Assembly: GCA_051382295.1 (NCBI GenBank)
Contig: JBBCAW010000078.1
Coordinates: 13,558 to 77,557 of the forward strand
From: Bdellovibrionota bacterium FG-1
GTDB taxonomy: Bacteria; Bdellovibrionota; UBA1018
DNA length: 64,000 bases
Reading direction: 5' to 3'
Both the position numbers and the translations under genes were made by a program. The notes beneath the pieces are model-generated. The model worked only from the letters and a program-made list of their open reading frames with translations. It was not told where the DNA came from and did not search any database. Shown here piece by piece: positions 51,049 through 60,293 of this stretch; position 1 is the stretch's first letter; each line of letters begins with the position of its first letter.

Positions 51049-51172
51049 GGTGGTCGCCGATCTACGGAAATTCATTATTTTAACAGAGGAACGCCGGTGA
51101 TGACCGTCATCAAATTGGAAATGGAATTACAAGATCAGCCCCAGATAATGTCTAAGTTATTTTGGACAGTTC

Positions 51173-51336
51173 CTAAGCTACTGCGAACTGCATCTTCTTG
51201 AGATTAGCCGCCGGTACTCTATTCTTTACACCAAGGATTTCAACACCGACGACCTGACCTCTTCCGACTCCATGATCTTTGAATCGTCTAGACGTAAATA
51301 TAAAGCATCGGCTTTTTCGTCAAAATGAACTTTCAT
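51173..51336 (-). pseudogene. DUF2283-family gene with internal frameshifting deletion
   Basis: MKVHFDEKADALYLRLDDSKIMESEEV in one frame, QVVGVEILGVKNRVPAANLKKMQFAVA* in another; central segment missing. Confidence 0.75.
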
Positions 51337-51342
51337 AATTTA

Positions 51343-51741
51343 TCACCTGCCAGAAGCTGTTTTACGCCTAGGTATCGTTGCTGCCATTAAACTCTCACGA
51401 ACCACACGCGCCACATCGGAAAGAGCCATACGAGAAACCAGTTGATCAGTGGCAAACTGATGCAAAACACTGCTCATCAAGGTTTGGTAACCGACTCCCT
51501 GCTTTTCGGCCAAAATGCGGATAGCCTCCACGTCCGCCCCATTCAGTCGAATATTGGTGCGAACCTCCTTAGTTCTTTTTATTGTCTGATCGCAGGCGGC
51601 GGCCTCCAATTGGGACCGAACCAAAACTTCTTCGCGCGAAGTTGCTTGACGCCATTCTCCACGTTCAATGCTATCGAACAACGCCTGTTCATCATCATCC
51701 ATCGGTATTGTGCCTTTGAGGGGTTTAATTCTGGATCTCAT
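51343..51741 (-). CDS. CopG/BrnA-like RHH antitoxin
   Basis: SIERGEW, RTNIRL...D...I...A...G-x-GYQTLM-x-SVLH. Confidence 0.8.
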   Translation of the reverse strand: MRSRIKPLKGTIPMDDDEQALFDSIERGEWRQATSREEVLVRSQLEAAACDQTIKRTKEVRTNIRLNGADVEAIRILAEKQGVGYQTLMSSVLHQFATDQLVSRMALSDVARVVRESLMAATIPRRKTASGR

Positions 51742-51743
51742 AT

Positions 51744-51995
51744 TTACTCCTTCTCGATTTCATATGCCGTACGAAAAAAAATCAGTTTTGCAGTTACCAC
51801 AGCGGCCACGCCCCACATTTTTTTATCGACTCCCACAACGATAATCATATGGTTCTTGTGGATTTTTTGATGTCCATTGTAGTGAAACGCACCACAAAAA
51901 CCTCCTGCAAGATAGGCATCCAAAATGTCTTCAAATGAAACACCCCGCTTTGCTTTTAACTTCTGATTTTTTTCTGGCTTCCATCCGTACCGCAT
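51744..51995 (-). CDS. BrnT-like toxin
   Basis: W-x-PEKN-x-KLK-x-KRGVSFEDI, FRTAY; TTGACA-16-TATTCT promoter 6 nt before ATG 51995. Confidence 0.75.
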   Translation of the reverse strand: MRYGWKPEKNQKLKAKRGVSFEDILDAYLAGGFCGAFHYNGHQKIHKNHMIIVVGVDKKMWGVAAVVTAKLIFFRTAYEIEKE

Positions 51996-52168
51996 GATCA
52001 AAGAATAATATCTGTGTGCCTAATGTCAACATTATACTGAGGGCCGGGTGCTGCCATTAAACTCTCACGAACCACACGCGCCACATCGCAGCAAGCCCCA
52101 GTCAGAACAAACAAAACCAATAATTACATAGCGATACCTATCCACCCACCAAGCATTAACCAAAACGC

Positions 52169-52195
52169 TCAAGTTTTATTATACAATAACGATAG
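52169..52195 (+). promoter_or_regulatory. sigma28/FliA-like promoter, copy 3
   Basis: TCAAGTTT-N11-AACGATAG. Confidence 0.6.
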
Positions 52196-52212
52196 GAGGA
52201 CTACGAGGGTCT

Positions 52213-54678
52213 ATGTCCGAATTTCGGTATTCCCATATCCCTATCCGCCGTATTACAGCACTTGTTTGCTGCCTATTCGCCGCAGGGCTCACGTCCTGCG
52301 ATGATTCGGGCGTCACCACGACCGTGACGACCGAACCTACGCCCACGGTACCCACGCCTGTCGTATCCAGCAATATCGGCTTCGCCGGCGCGACCCAAGC
52401 GATCAACTTGGACGGTACACGAATCAAGATTTCATGGGACGCGGGCACGGGGACTTTTACTTATTACCGTGTGTACGAAGTGCAGGCCGATGACAGCCTC
52501 GTGGCCATCACCACGTTACCCACCGCCGCGACGAATTTCATTCACGCCGGCCTGACGGCCGGCACCGCGCATAGCTATGTGGTCCGCACCGTTGATGACG
52601 CCAACGCCACCGACGGCAATACCGTGATTGTGAGCGCGATGACTTACGCCGGGATCACCTCCACGAGTGGGGTCGGACAGACTTCCGCGACGCTCAACTT
52701 TCCGGCCGGCAAAAGCGCCACGCAGATCAACCTCTATTGCTCCGAACGCGGGGCCGATCCAGCGCTGCTCGCGACGACGACATCGACTGCCACCAGCGCG
52801 ACGATCACGGGCCTGAAACCCGCGACCACTTACGTTTGTAAAGCTCTTGCCCAAAGCGTATTTGGCATCGAAGACGCCAATACCGTCACCAAAACTTTTC
52901 AGACGGTGCCGACTCACACCGCCAACTACAAAGGACCGATTCTCGTCCAAGCCTTCGGGGAGGCCGGAGATTCTTCATGGACGCCTTTTACGGGCCAACC
53001 CAAAGCTCGGCAAGTCAGGATTACCTGGAAGCCCTTTACTGGCGCCAACGCCTCCACGCTCTATAAGCTGGTCCGCGTGATCAAAGATGGCACGATCGAT
53101 ACTCTAGTCACCAACGCCTGCACGGCGGCCACCAGCAGTTCATGCGTGGTGCAATGCCCCGCGAGCGCGGTTACTGGAACGGTAATCAGTGACGACTCGC
53201 CCAACCTCGTTGGCACGGCCCCCAAAACCTGTACGGACAATAACGTCGCGGCATCGCCGACCAAGTACGACTACTACATCACCCAAGTGGTCAGTGGCTG
53301 GGTCGAAGAATCTCCCAATTCCGCCAACGGCGGCGATAGCGTCTACCGAATCATGGTTCCCATCCCGCCCCACGACATGGTGCTCGTGCATCGAGATTCA
53401 GCCAATTATGAAATGTGCAATCTGCTGAACAAGACCGACATGGACCCCCTCAATCACCAGCGCTGCGCCTATACGGGACTGGGCGCGATTCCGTATAACT
53501 CCAATCCGGGCAATCCGACGCTCAATCTGGATCCGAGTCATTATGATTTTGGTTACAATCTCTTTGTGGATCGTTGGGCGGCCGCGTGCAATTGGAGTCC
53601 GAGTGCGGCGACCGCGGGTGGCACCGGCAAATGCGGCGGGAGTCGCACGAACGGCGATTGCTTTGGCAGTGGAAATCCCGACGCGAGCATTGGCGTGGAT
53701 GGCAACGTTTACTATGACGTTGTCAATGGTTACTGCCATGTCAACATCGCGCAAACTTGGTCCAACACGGTCTCCGCAGTTCCCGCCTCACAACGATTGC
53801 AATCCTACACGATCACGCCCAGTACCACCGTTAAGAAACCGCCCCTAGTTTGGCTCAATTCAAGCCTCTCAGTCGCTACTTGCGCGGCGGTGACCGACCC
53901 GGACTATGGAGCCAAGAGACTCCTGCGACGCCGCGAACAGCTCGCCGCGTCCGCGTGGCCTTCGATTACGGGCGAACCGCGCGCCATGAGCGATAGCGCG
54001 ATCGGCACGCTCGAAAGCGGCCTGGATCACCCCAACACACATGCTTGCAACTCGAACAATCATAACGGCGTCAGCGCGGTCGGCAAGACGTTCAATGATT
54101 CGGGATATGAACTCGCCCGAAGCGCGGCGGGCGCACAACAGGAGTCGTTTGTGATTGGGAGCACGGGCACCGGTAATTGTATTTCGCGCTTTGGGGCCCA
54201 AGATATGGTCGGCAACGTCATGCAATGGCTCAGCGACCAACTCAGTAACTGCATTGGTACCCCCACGTTTACCTGCGCAGGCATTACGAGTACGCTCGAT
54301 ACCGGCAACACCGATTTTAGCGGTTTTCTGTTTGATGGAGCAGGCGGCGTTACGGGTAACCACGGTCCCGGTGGCGTCTATGTAACAGATTACGGTTTGG
54401 GGGGTCTTGTGTTCAATGCCAATTATTATTCTTTGCCGCTGGGGCTCCCTCTCGTCGGCAATGATGGCGGCAACGCCCCCACTCTCAACAGCGTCGCCAC
54501 GAAATTGCAGAGCGACTACTTTGCTCTCGATATCGCTACCGCCGCCGCCCGAGGAGCAGCGGCTGGAGGTTATTGGGGTTGGGGCGGTTTGAATGGACGG
54601 TTTGCGTTGCTGTTACAATATATACCGGCGCAAGGTGCTCCGAGTATCGGCTTCCGTTGTGGACTTCCGGCGGAGTAG
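52213..54678 (+). CDS. Lipoprotein paralog 3 (FN3 + FGE-sulfatase/CLec fold)
   Basis: Lipobox LTSC; FGAQDMVGNVMQW, GGYW, IGFRCGLPAE. Confidence 0.85.
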   Translation: MSEFRYSHIPIRRITALVCCLFAAGLTSCDDSGVTTTVTTEPTPTVPTPVVSSNIGFAGATQAINLDGTRIKISWDAGTGTFTYYRVYEVQADDSLVAITTLPTAATNFIHAGLTAGTAHSYVVRTVDDANATDGNTVIVSAMTYAGITSTSGVGQTSATLNFPAGKSATQINLYCSERGADPALLATTTSTATSATITGLKPATTYVCKALAQSVFGIEDANTVTKTFQTVPTHTANYKGPILVQAFGEAGDSSWTPFTGQPKARQVRITWKPFTGANASTLYKLVRVIKDGTIDTLVTNACTAATSSSCVVQCPASAVTGTVISDDSPNLVGTAPKTCTDNNVAASPTKYDYYITQVVSGWVEESPNSANGGDSVYRIMVPIPPHDMVLVHRDSANYEMCNLLNKTDMDPLNHQRCAYTGLGAIPYNSNPGNPTLNLDPSHYDFGYNLFVDRWAAACNWSPSAATAGGTGKCGGSRTNGDCFGSGNPDASIGVDGNVYYDVVNGYCHVNIAQTWSNTVSAVPASQRLQSYTITPSTTVKKPPLVWLNSSLSVATCAAVTDPDYGAKRLLRRREQLAASAWPSITGEPRAMSDSAIGTLESGLDHPNTHACNSNNHNGVSAVGKTFNDSGYELARSAAGAQQESFVIGSTGTGNCISRFGAQDMVGNVMQWLSDQLSNCIGTPTFTCAGITSTLDTGNTDFSGFLFDGAGGVTGNHGPGGVYVTDYGLGGLVFNANYYSLPLGLPLVGNDGGNAPTLNSVATKLQSDYFALDIATAAARGAAAGGYWGWGGLNGRFALLLQYIPAQGAPSIGFRCGLPAE

Positions 54679-54814
54679 GGCATTCGCGATGGAAAACATG
54701 ACTTAAACAACCCCCTCTATTAACCATAAATGGCTAATAGTACCCCCTACTTTAGACCAGAAATAAAGACTTTCCGTTATTTTTCAATAAGTTACCAATA
54801 TTTAACCAAAATAC

Positions 54815-54841
54815 TCAAGTTTTACTGTACAATAACGATAG
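54815..54841 (+). promoter_or_regulatory. sigma28/FliA-like promoter, copy 4
   Basis: TCAAGTTT-N11-AACGATAG. Confidence 0.6.
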
Positions 54842-54856
54842 GAGGAATGAGGACCT

Positions 54857-57328
54857 ATGTCGGAATTCCGTTATGCCCCATTACTCGCCACCTTGCTGTT
54901 GGCCTCAGGTCTAGCGGCTACGCTAGCGTCCTGCGTGGCCCCCGAGGAAGCCGGGCTGACGCCCACGGTGACACCGACAGACACGCCCACACCTGTTGCA
55001 TCGAGCGATATCGGCTTTGCGGGCGCGACCGAGGCGGTCAACTTGGACGGTACGCGGATCCAGATTTCCTGGAGCGCGGGCACGGGGACTTTTACTTATT
55101 ACCGCGTCTACGAAACACAGTCTGATGACAGTCTCGCGCCCGTGATCAGACTCCCCAAAACCGCAACGAATTTCATTCACGCCGGCCTGACAGCGGGCAC
55201 CTCACATAGCTATGTAGTCCGCACCGTCGACGACGCCAACGCCACCGATGGCAATAACGTGGTCGTAAGCGCGATGACTTACGGCGGCCTCAGCTCCACG
55301 AGTGGGGTCGGTCAGACTTCGGCAACGCTCAATTTTCCGGCTGGCAAGAGCGCCGCACGGGTCAAGCTCTATTGCTCGGAACGCGGGGCGGCTCCAGCCC
55401 TGATGGCAACGGTCACCTCGACTGCGACCAGCGCGACGCTGACGGGTCTGAAACCCGGGACTACCTACGTGTGTAAGGCTCTGGCCCAAAGCCTGCTGGG
55501 CTTCGAAGACGCTAATACCGTCACCAAAACTTTTCAGACCGTGCCAACCCATACTGCCAAATACAAAGGACCGATCCTCGTACAAGCCTTCGGAGCGGCG
55601 GGTGATGCTTCGTGGATCGCCCCGTCAGGCCAGCCCAGTGCTCGACAAGTCACGATCACTTGGAAGCCGTTTGCGGGCGCTAACGCCACGACGCTCTACA
55701 AGTTAGTCCGCGTGGCAAAAGATGGCGTCATCGATACAACCGTCACCAACACCTGTACCGCAGGCACAAACAGTTCATGCGTGGTTCAATGTCCCGCGAG
55801 CGCGACCACCGGAAATATCGTGAGTTACGACTCGTCTAACCTCGTCGGTTCGGCACCCAAAACCTGCACCGATAAAGCCGTCGCGGCTTCGCCAGCCAAG
55901 TACGATTACTACATCACTGAGGTTGTTAACGATTGGATCGAGGAGTCGCCCAATGTCACCAACGGCGGTGATAGCGCTTACCGGATCACCGTGCCCATTC
56001 CTCCTCATGACATGGTTTTAGTGCATCGGGACGCGGTCAATTACGAAATCTGCAATCTCATGGGCAAATACGACATGGACCCCCTCAATCACCAGCGGTG
56101 CGCCTACACGGGGCTGGGCGCGGTTCCGACCAACTCCAATCCAGGCAATCCAGGGCTCAATCTCGATCCGAGCCATTATGATTTTGGCTACAATCTCTTT
56201 GTGGATCGTTGGGCGGCCGCGTGCAATTGGAGTCCGAGTGCCGCGACTGCGGGCAACACCGGAAAATGCGGCGCCGGGCGCACCAACGGCGATTGCTTTG
56301 GCACTGGAACTCCGTCTGCAAGCATCGGCGTGGACGGCAACGTCTTCTATCAATGGGATCAGGGTTACTGCTATGTAAACGTCGCACAAACTTGGATCGG
56401 CGTAGGTAGCCCTGGCCCGACCGGTCCGCAACGATTACAATCCTACACGAACACCCCCAGTACGGCTTTCAAGAAACCACCGATGACCTCCATTGGTCAA
56501 AAGATCTCAGCGGACACTTGTGCTGCGGCGGCGGACCCGGATTATGGACCCAAGAGACTCCTGCGACGCCGCGAGCAGATCGCGGCCTCCGCGTGGCCGT
56601 ATATCACGGGTGAGCCGCGCGCCATGACGGATAACGCAATTCAGGTGCTTGAAATCGGTACCGATCATCCCAATACCCATGCTTGCAACTCGAACCAGCG
56701 CAACGGCGTCAGCGTCACGGGGACATTCAATGATTCAGGATATGAACTCGCTCGAAGCACGGCGGCCGGACCGGACGCGTTTGTCATCGGGAGCGCGGGC
56801 ACGAGCAACTGCGTGTCTCGTTATGGCGTACAAGACATGGTCGGCAACGTTGGGTTTTGGCTCAGCGACCAACTCGATACTTGCACTCCGGCCGCGCACA
56901 CCTGCTCCGGTGCCACCAGCACGGTGGATAGCGGCAACACCGATTTAAACGGCTTTCAGTTTGATGGGCTAGGCGGCGCTACGGGCAACCACGGTCCGGG
57001 CGGAGGCGCCGCAAATATCACAGGGTGGTATCTCGCTACCAATACCTTTAGTACCAATTACTTTTCATTGCCGCTGGGGATGTCCCTCGTCGGCAATGAC
57101 AATGGCAACGCTCTCTTGACCACCACCTTTGGTACAAGCGGTGCCAAAATGCATGGCGACTATGTTTTGCTCTACACCGATAACTACGCGGGGGGGCCCC
57201 GAGGGGCCTGGGCCGGGGGCTATTGGTGGAACGGCGACCTCAATGGGCGCTATATGTTCTGGATGAACGGTATGGCGGCCGGCGCAGGCTGGCAGATCGG
57301 TTTTCGCTGCGCAGTGCCGGCGGAGTGA
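54857..57328 (+). CDS. Lipoprotein paralog 4 (FN3 + FGE-sulfatase/CLec fold)
   Basis: Lipobox LASC; YGVQDMVGNVGFW, GGYW, IGFRCAVPAE. Confidence 0.85.
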   Translation: MSEFRYAPLLATLLLASGLAATLASCVAPEEAGLTPTVTPTDTPTPVASSDIGFAGATEAVNLDGTRIQISWSAGTGTFTYYRVYETQSDDSLAPVIRLPKTATNFIHAGLTAGTSHSYVVRTVDDANATDGNNVVVSAMTYGGLSSTSGVGQTSATLNFPAGKSAARVKLYCSERGAAPALMATVTSTATSATLTGLKPGTTYVCKALAQSLLGFEDANTVTKTFQTVPTHTAKYKGPILVQAFGAAGDASWIAPSGQPSARQVTITWKPFAGANATTLYKLVRVAKDGVIDTTVTNTCTAGTNSSCVVQCPASATTGNIVSYDSSNLVGSAPKTCTDKAVAASPAKYDYYITEVVNDWIEESPNVTNGGDSAYRITVPIPPHDMVLVHRDAVNYEICNLMGKYDMDPLNHQRCAYTGLGAVPTNSNPGNPGLNLDPSHYDFGYNLFVDRWAAACNWSPSAATAGNTGKCGAGRTNGDCFGTGTPSASIGVDGNVFYQWDQGYCYVNVAQTWIGVGSPGPTGPQRLQSYTNTPSTAFKKPPMTSIGQKISADTCAAAADPDYGPKRLLRRREQIAASAWPYITGEPRAMTDNAIQVLEIGTDHPNTHACNSNQRNGVSVTGTFNDSGYELARSTAAGPDAFVIGSAGTSNCVSRYGVQDMVGNVGFWLSDQLDTCTPAAHTCSGATSTVDSGNTDLNGFQFDGLGGATGNHGPGGGAANITGWYLATNTFSTNYFSLPLGMSLVGNDNGNALLTTTFGTSGAKMHGDYVLLYTDNYAGGPRGAWAGGYWWNGDLNGRYMFWMNGMAAGAGWQIGFRCAVPAE

Positions 57329-57448
57329 GCTTAACGGTGCCTACTGCGGCTCAAAAACCGGTGAGCCATTTAGGGTTTATGCTCCTATTCGCGGAGCCAT
57401 ATGTTGGCGAATGACAAATGATCGCGAGATTGGTATTTTCTCGCGGAT

Positions 57449-58549
57449 ATGGCTTATAGCGTAAAGAGACGGAATTTGCAGCCGAAGCTCAAGACCAAAA
57501 AACGTAGCAAGACAAACAGCAAGGCGCTCGCTACTCGCGAAGATCGGCTTTTTCACGACGTCCGGCAGTTGATCCAATCGACTCGCGAAAAAGTCGCTCA
57601 AACCGTCAACTCCGGCCAAGTTTTATTGTATTGGAGTATCGGAAGCCGGATTCGGCGTGAGGTTTTGCAGGGCAAACGCGCGGAATACGGAAAAGCAATT
57701 GTCTCCGCGCTGGGTAGACAATTGAGTGCTGAGTTTGGGGCCGGGTTTACGACGTCCAGCTTGTTTCAGATGGTCCGGTTTAACGAGACATTTCCCAAAA
57801 GGGAGATAGTGTACGCACTGTGTACACAATTGGGTTGGTCGCATTTTCGACAAATCGCCTATCTCAAAACTCCGTTACAGCGCGACTTTTACGCGGAAAT
57901 GTGTCGAATCGAGCAATGGAGCACACGTGCGCTACAGAAGAAAATCCAGGGAATGCTTTTTGAGCGCACGGCCCTTTCCAAAAAGCCCGCAAAACTCGCA
58001 AAACAGGAAATCAAGGCATTGCGCCACGACGACAAGCTCACCCCGGATCTTGTTTTTCGTGATCCGTATCTGCTCGACTTTCTAGGACTCAAAGACACGT
58101 ATGCGGAAAAGGACCTGGAATCAGCGATTCTTCGGCAGATGGAAAGTTTTCTCACCGAACTTGGCAGTGACTTCGCCTTTCTCGGACGTCAAAAACGGAT
58201 CACTATTGGGAACGAAGACTATTATCTCGATCTATTATTTTATCATCGAAGGCTAAAACGGCTTGTCGCCATCGAGTTGAAACTTGGGTCGTTTCAGGCT
58301 GCCGATAAGGGCCAGATGGAACTTTACCTGCGCTGGCTAGATAAACATGAACGACAGTCCGGAGAAAAATCGCCGATTGGTCTGATCTTATGCGCGGGCA
58401 AGTCGGACGAACACGTGGAGCTGCTACAAATCGAAAAGAGTGGCATCAAGGTTGCCACTTACTTGACCAAACTTCCGCCGCGAGCGCAGCTTGAGAAAAA
58501 ACTGCATGACGCGATTACTTTGGCGCGTGGACGTTTCAATCGAAAATAG
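57449..58549 (+). CDS. yhcG: YhcG/DUF1016 PD-(D/E)XK nuclease-family protein
   Basis: LYWSIG, YGK, LGWSHF, RDPYLLDFL, DLLFYHR..VAIELK, GQMELYL, PIGLILC. Confidence 0.92.
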   Translation: MAYSVKRRNLQPKLKTKKRSKTNSKALATREDRLFHDVRQLIQSTREKVAQTVNSGQVLLYWSIGSRIRREVLQGKRAEYGKAIVSALGRQLSAEFGAGFTTSSLFQMVRFNETFPKREIVYALCTQLGWSHFRQIAYLKTPLQRDFYAEMCRIEQWSTRALQKKIQGMLFERTALSKKPAKLAKQEIKALRHDDKLTPDLVFRDPYLLDFLGLKDTYAEKDLESAILRQMESFLTELGSDFAFLGRQKRITIGNEDYYLDLLFYHRRLKRLVAIELKLGSFQAADKGQMELYLRWLDKHERQSGEKSPIGLILCAGKSDEHVELLQIEKSGIKVATYLTKLPPRAQLEKKLHDAITLARGRFNRK

Positions 58550-58673
58550 CACCACGGGACAGGCCAATGTCAGTTTTTGAAGAAGGCGTCTAGATTTACC
58601 TGGTCATCGATAAGCCCCGTATAGTGGGCCAGTATTACGATGACTGAAGTTCCTTTTTTCACGATACCGCGCG

Positions 58674-58710
58674 GGTATCGACATCCGTTGTGGGCGCGGT
58701 CCAGGCGGAG
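58674..58710 (+). pseudogene. Relic of the 3' end of a lipoprotein paralog
   Basis: ggtatcgacatccgttgtgggc matches paralog 1 45224-45245 at 20/22, followed by ccaggcggag. Confidence 0.6.
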
Positions 58711-58730
58711 AGAACTCAACGATGTCCACC

Positions 58731-59258
58731 TTACCGCTCCACAAGGCTCTGAATAATCGTAGTCATGGGCAGCCAGAGCTTCATGGGCGAGTCCCTGAAG
58801 GAAATAAAACCATGCTTTTCGTAGAAGCTCTTGGCCTTTTCGTCCTTGGCGTCCACCACAACCCCGGCGATCCCCATCGCCTCAGCGGCCTGGACGGCCT
58901 TTTGGCAGGCATGCCCCAGGAGAAGAGCCCCGAGTCCTCTTCCTTGGATGGATTGATCAATCGCAAGTCGTCCCAGTCGACACACCGGAATGGGGTATTT
59001 GGGAAGCCGTTTGGTTTCCTTGTCCGATAATTCTTCAAATCGGATGCTGCCCGCAGCGAGGGTATAGAAGCCTAAGATACGTTTGGGCTCGGCCTTTGTC
59101 ACGGCCACAAAGGTTTGCCCAAGGTGCCTGACCGCCTGCTGCCGGGCTTGGGTCTTGAGAAAGGTGTTGAGCGGTTCAATGCCACAATCAAACCCGGCTC
59201 TGTCGTGGTTTGCTCCCAATTTTTGAATTTCAAGCTCCGGAAGCCCCGTTTTTGTCAC
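58731..59258 (-). CDS. GNAT acetyltransferase toxin (AtaT/TacT family)
   Basis: HDRAGFDCG..LN-x-FL, GFYTL, LGRLAID..QGRGLG, VDAK..A..FY..HGF. Confidence 0.92.
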   Translation of the reverse strand: MTKTGLPELEIQKLGANHDRAGFDCGIEPLNTFLKTQARQQAVRHLGQTFVAVTKAEPKRILGFYTLAAGSIRFEELSDKETKRLPKYPIPVCRLGRLAIDQSIQGRGLGALLLGHACQKAVQAAEAMGIAGVVVDAKDEKAKSFYEKHGFISFRDSPMKLWLPMTTIIQSLVER

Positions 59259-59548
59259 TAGAGCCCCGCTTTTTTTACGTGTTGCATGGCCTTTTTAAGG
59301 GCGAGTGTCGCTTTAGGCGGGTTTTCCAGGTTTGCCAGAAAGAGATCTCGGTCGCGATTGGAAAGTGTGAGGTTTTCTTCGTCGGCCAAGTCCCTTTTGG
59401 CGGCCCTGAACGCGACTCTGACCATGTAAGAGCTGGTGCTCATGCCATTGAGCTCCGCTGCTTTTTCAATGGTTTCCTTTTGATTCTGGTCGAGACGTAA
59501 ATCCACCCGGTCCGTTTTCTTCATTTTCTGTGCATTAGGTTGAGCCAT
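59258..59548 (-). CDS. DUF1778 RHH antitoxin (AtaR/TacA family)
   Basis: RVDLRL..QKE-x-IEKAA, LS-x-RD...F...LENPP; GAGGTG SD before ATG 59548. Confidence 0.9.
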   Translation of the reverse strand: MAQPNAQKMKKTDRVDLRLDQNQKETIEKAAELNGMSTSSYMVRVAFRAAKRDLADEENLTLSNRDRDLFLANLENPPKATLALKKAMQHVKKAGL

Positions 59549-59979
59549 AAAACACCTCATTCTGAGTATAGACATATTGTACGGAATATGTACACACAAT
59601 AATTGATTCCTAAAAACCCTTTAATTACGTATGCCACCTTACCGCTCCACGAGAATGTTAAACATTTTTCGTGAGGACCAGCGATGCCGCGCTTGAGCAT
59701 CTTCGCACCTTCTAGATTTCGCCAGCGGGCAGTGGGATCGTTTGATCCGGGGACTGGGGCGTCTGGAAACCGGGATGGGCACCACGCTCAACAGTGAAAT
59801 GACGTTCATACAGGGCGCTTTCGGGCTTTTTGGGGTTAATCCCTTAGTCTCTGGTCGAACGAGAATAGATGGTCTCGTTGGATTGTAATTCTGGCGAAGT
59901 CGGTGTGACTCCGATGGACACCTTCGCTCTCAATACAGACCTTGCAATCGGCACCGTCCGGGGGTGGCAACTTCTCTTC

Positions 59980-60132
59980 TCAGACAGCAAAGATCATTTC
60001 TTGCTTGAACTCGCCGTCACAGCCAAAGCAAAGACGATTGTAACCGGCGACAGCGGCATTGTTGGCCTCATCAAATACGGCGAGATTACCTTTCAAACGC
60101 CGGAAGAGTTTTGTGAGGAGATGCGACTGTAA
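59980..60132 (+). pseudogene. C-terminal fragment of a PIN-domain toxin
   Basis: DSKDHFLLELAVTAKAKTIVTGD...TPEEF; N-terminal PIN motif absent; left boundary approximate. Confidence 0.6.
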
Positions 60133-60260
60133 CCCCCTACTTTAGACCAGAAATAAGGACTGTCCCACCCACCTCGTTTTTCATTTTGTGGGTTTTTGTT
60201 GCGGTCATCGAACGCATGAAGCTTGGGGATGAGGTAGTTGTATTTCACGCTTTGACATAC

Positions 60261-60293
60261 ATCGGTTTTAGCTGTGGGCTGGCAGCGGAGTAG
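60261..60293 (+). pseudogene. Relic of the 3' end of a lipoprotein paralog
   Basis: atcggttttagctgtgggctggcagcggagtag = IGFSCGLAAE*, cf. IGFRCGLPAE*. Confidence 0.7.

Noticed and set aside
54730..55125. 131-aa ORF upstream of and overlapping paralog 4
   Set aside because: Spans the promoter block and an alternate frame of the lipoprotein gene.
57347..57367. GGCTCA..TGAGCC hairpin after paralog 4 as a DGR homing cruciform
   Set aside because: Not conserved after the other three paralogs, and the loop is atypically long.
59740..59790. Weak similarity to the region upstream of paralog 2 (~45977-46045)
   Set aside because: Only short gapped matches by eye; cannot be supported without a formal alignment.
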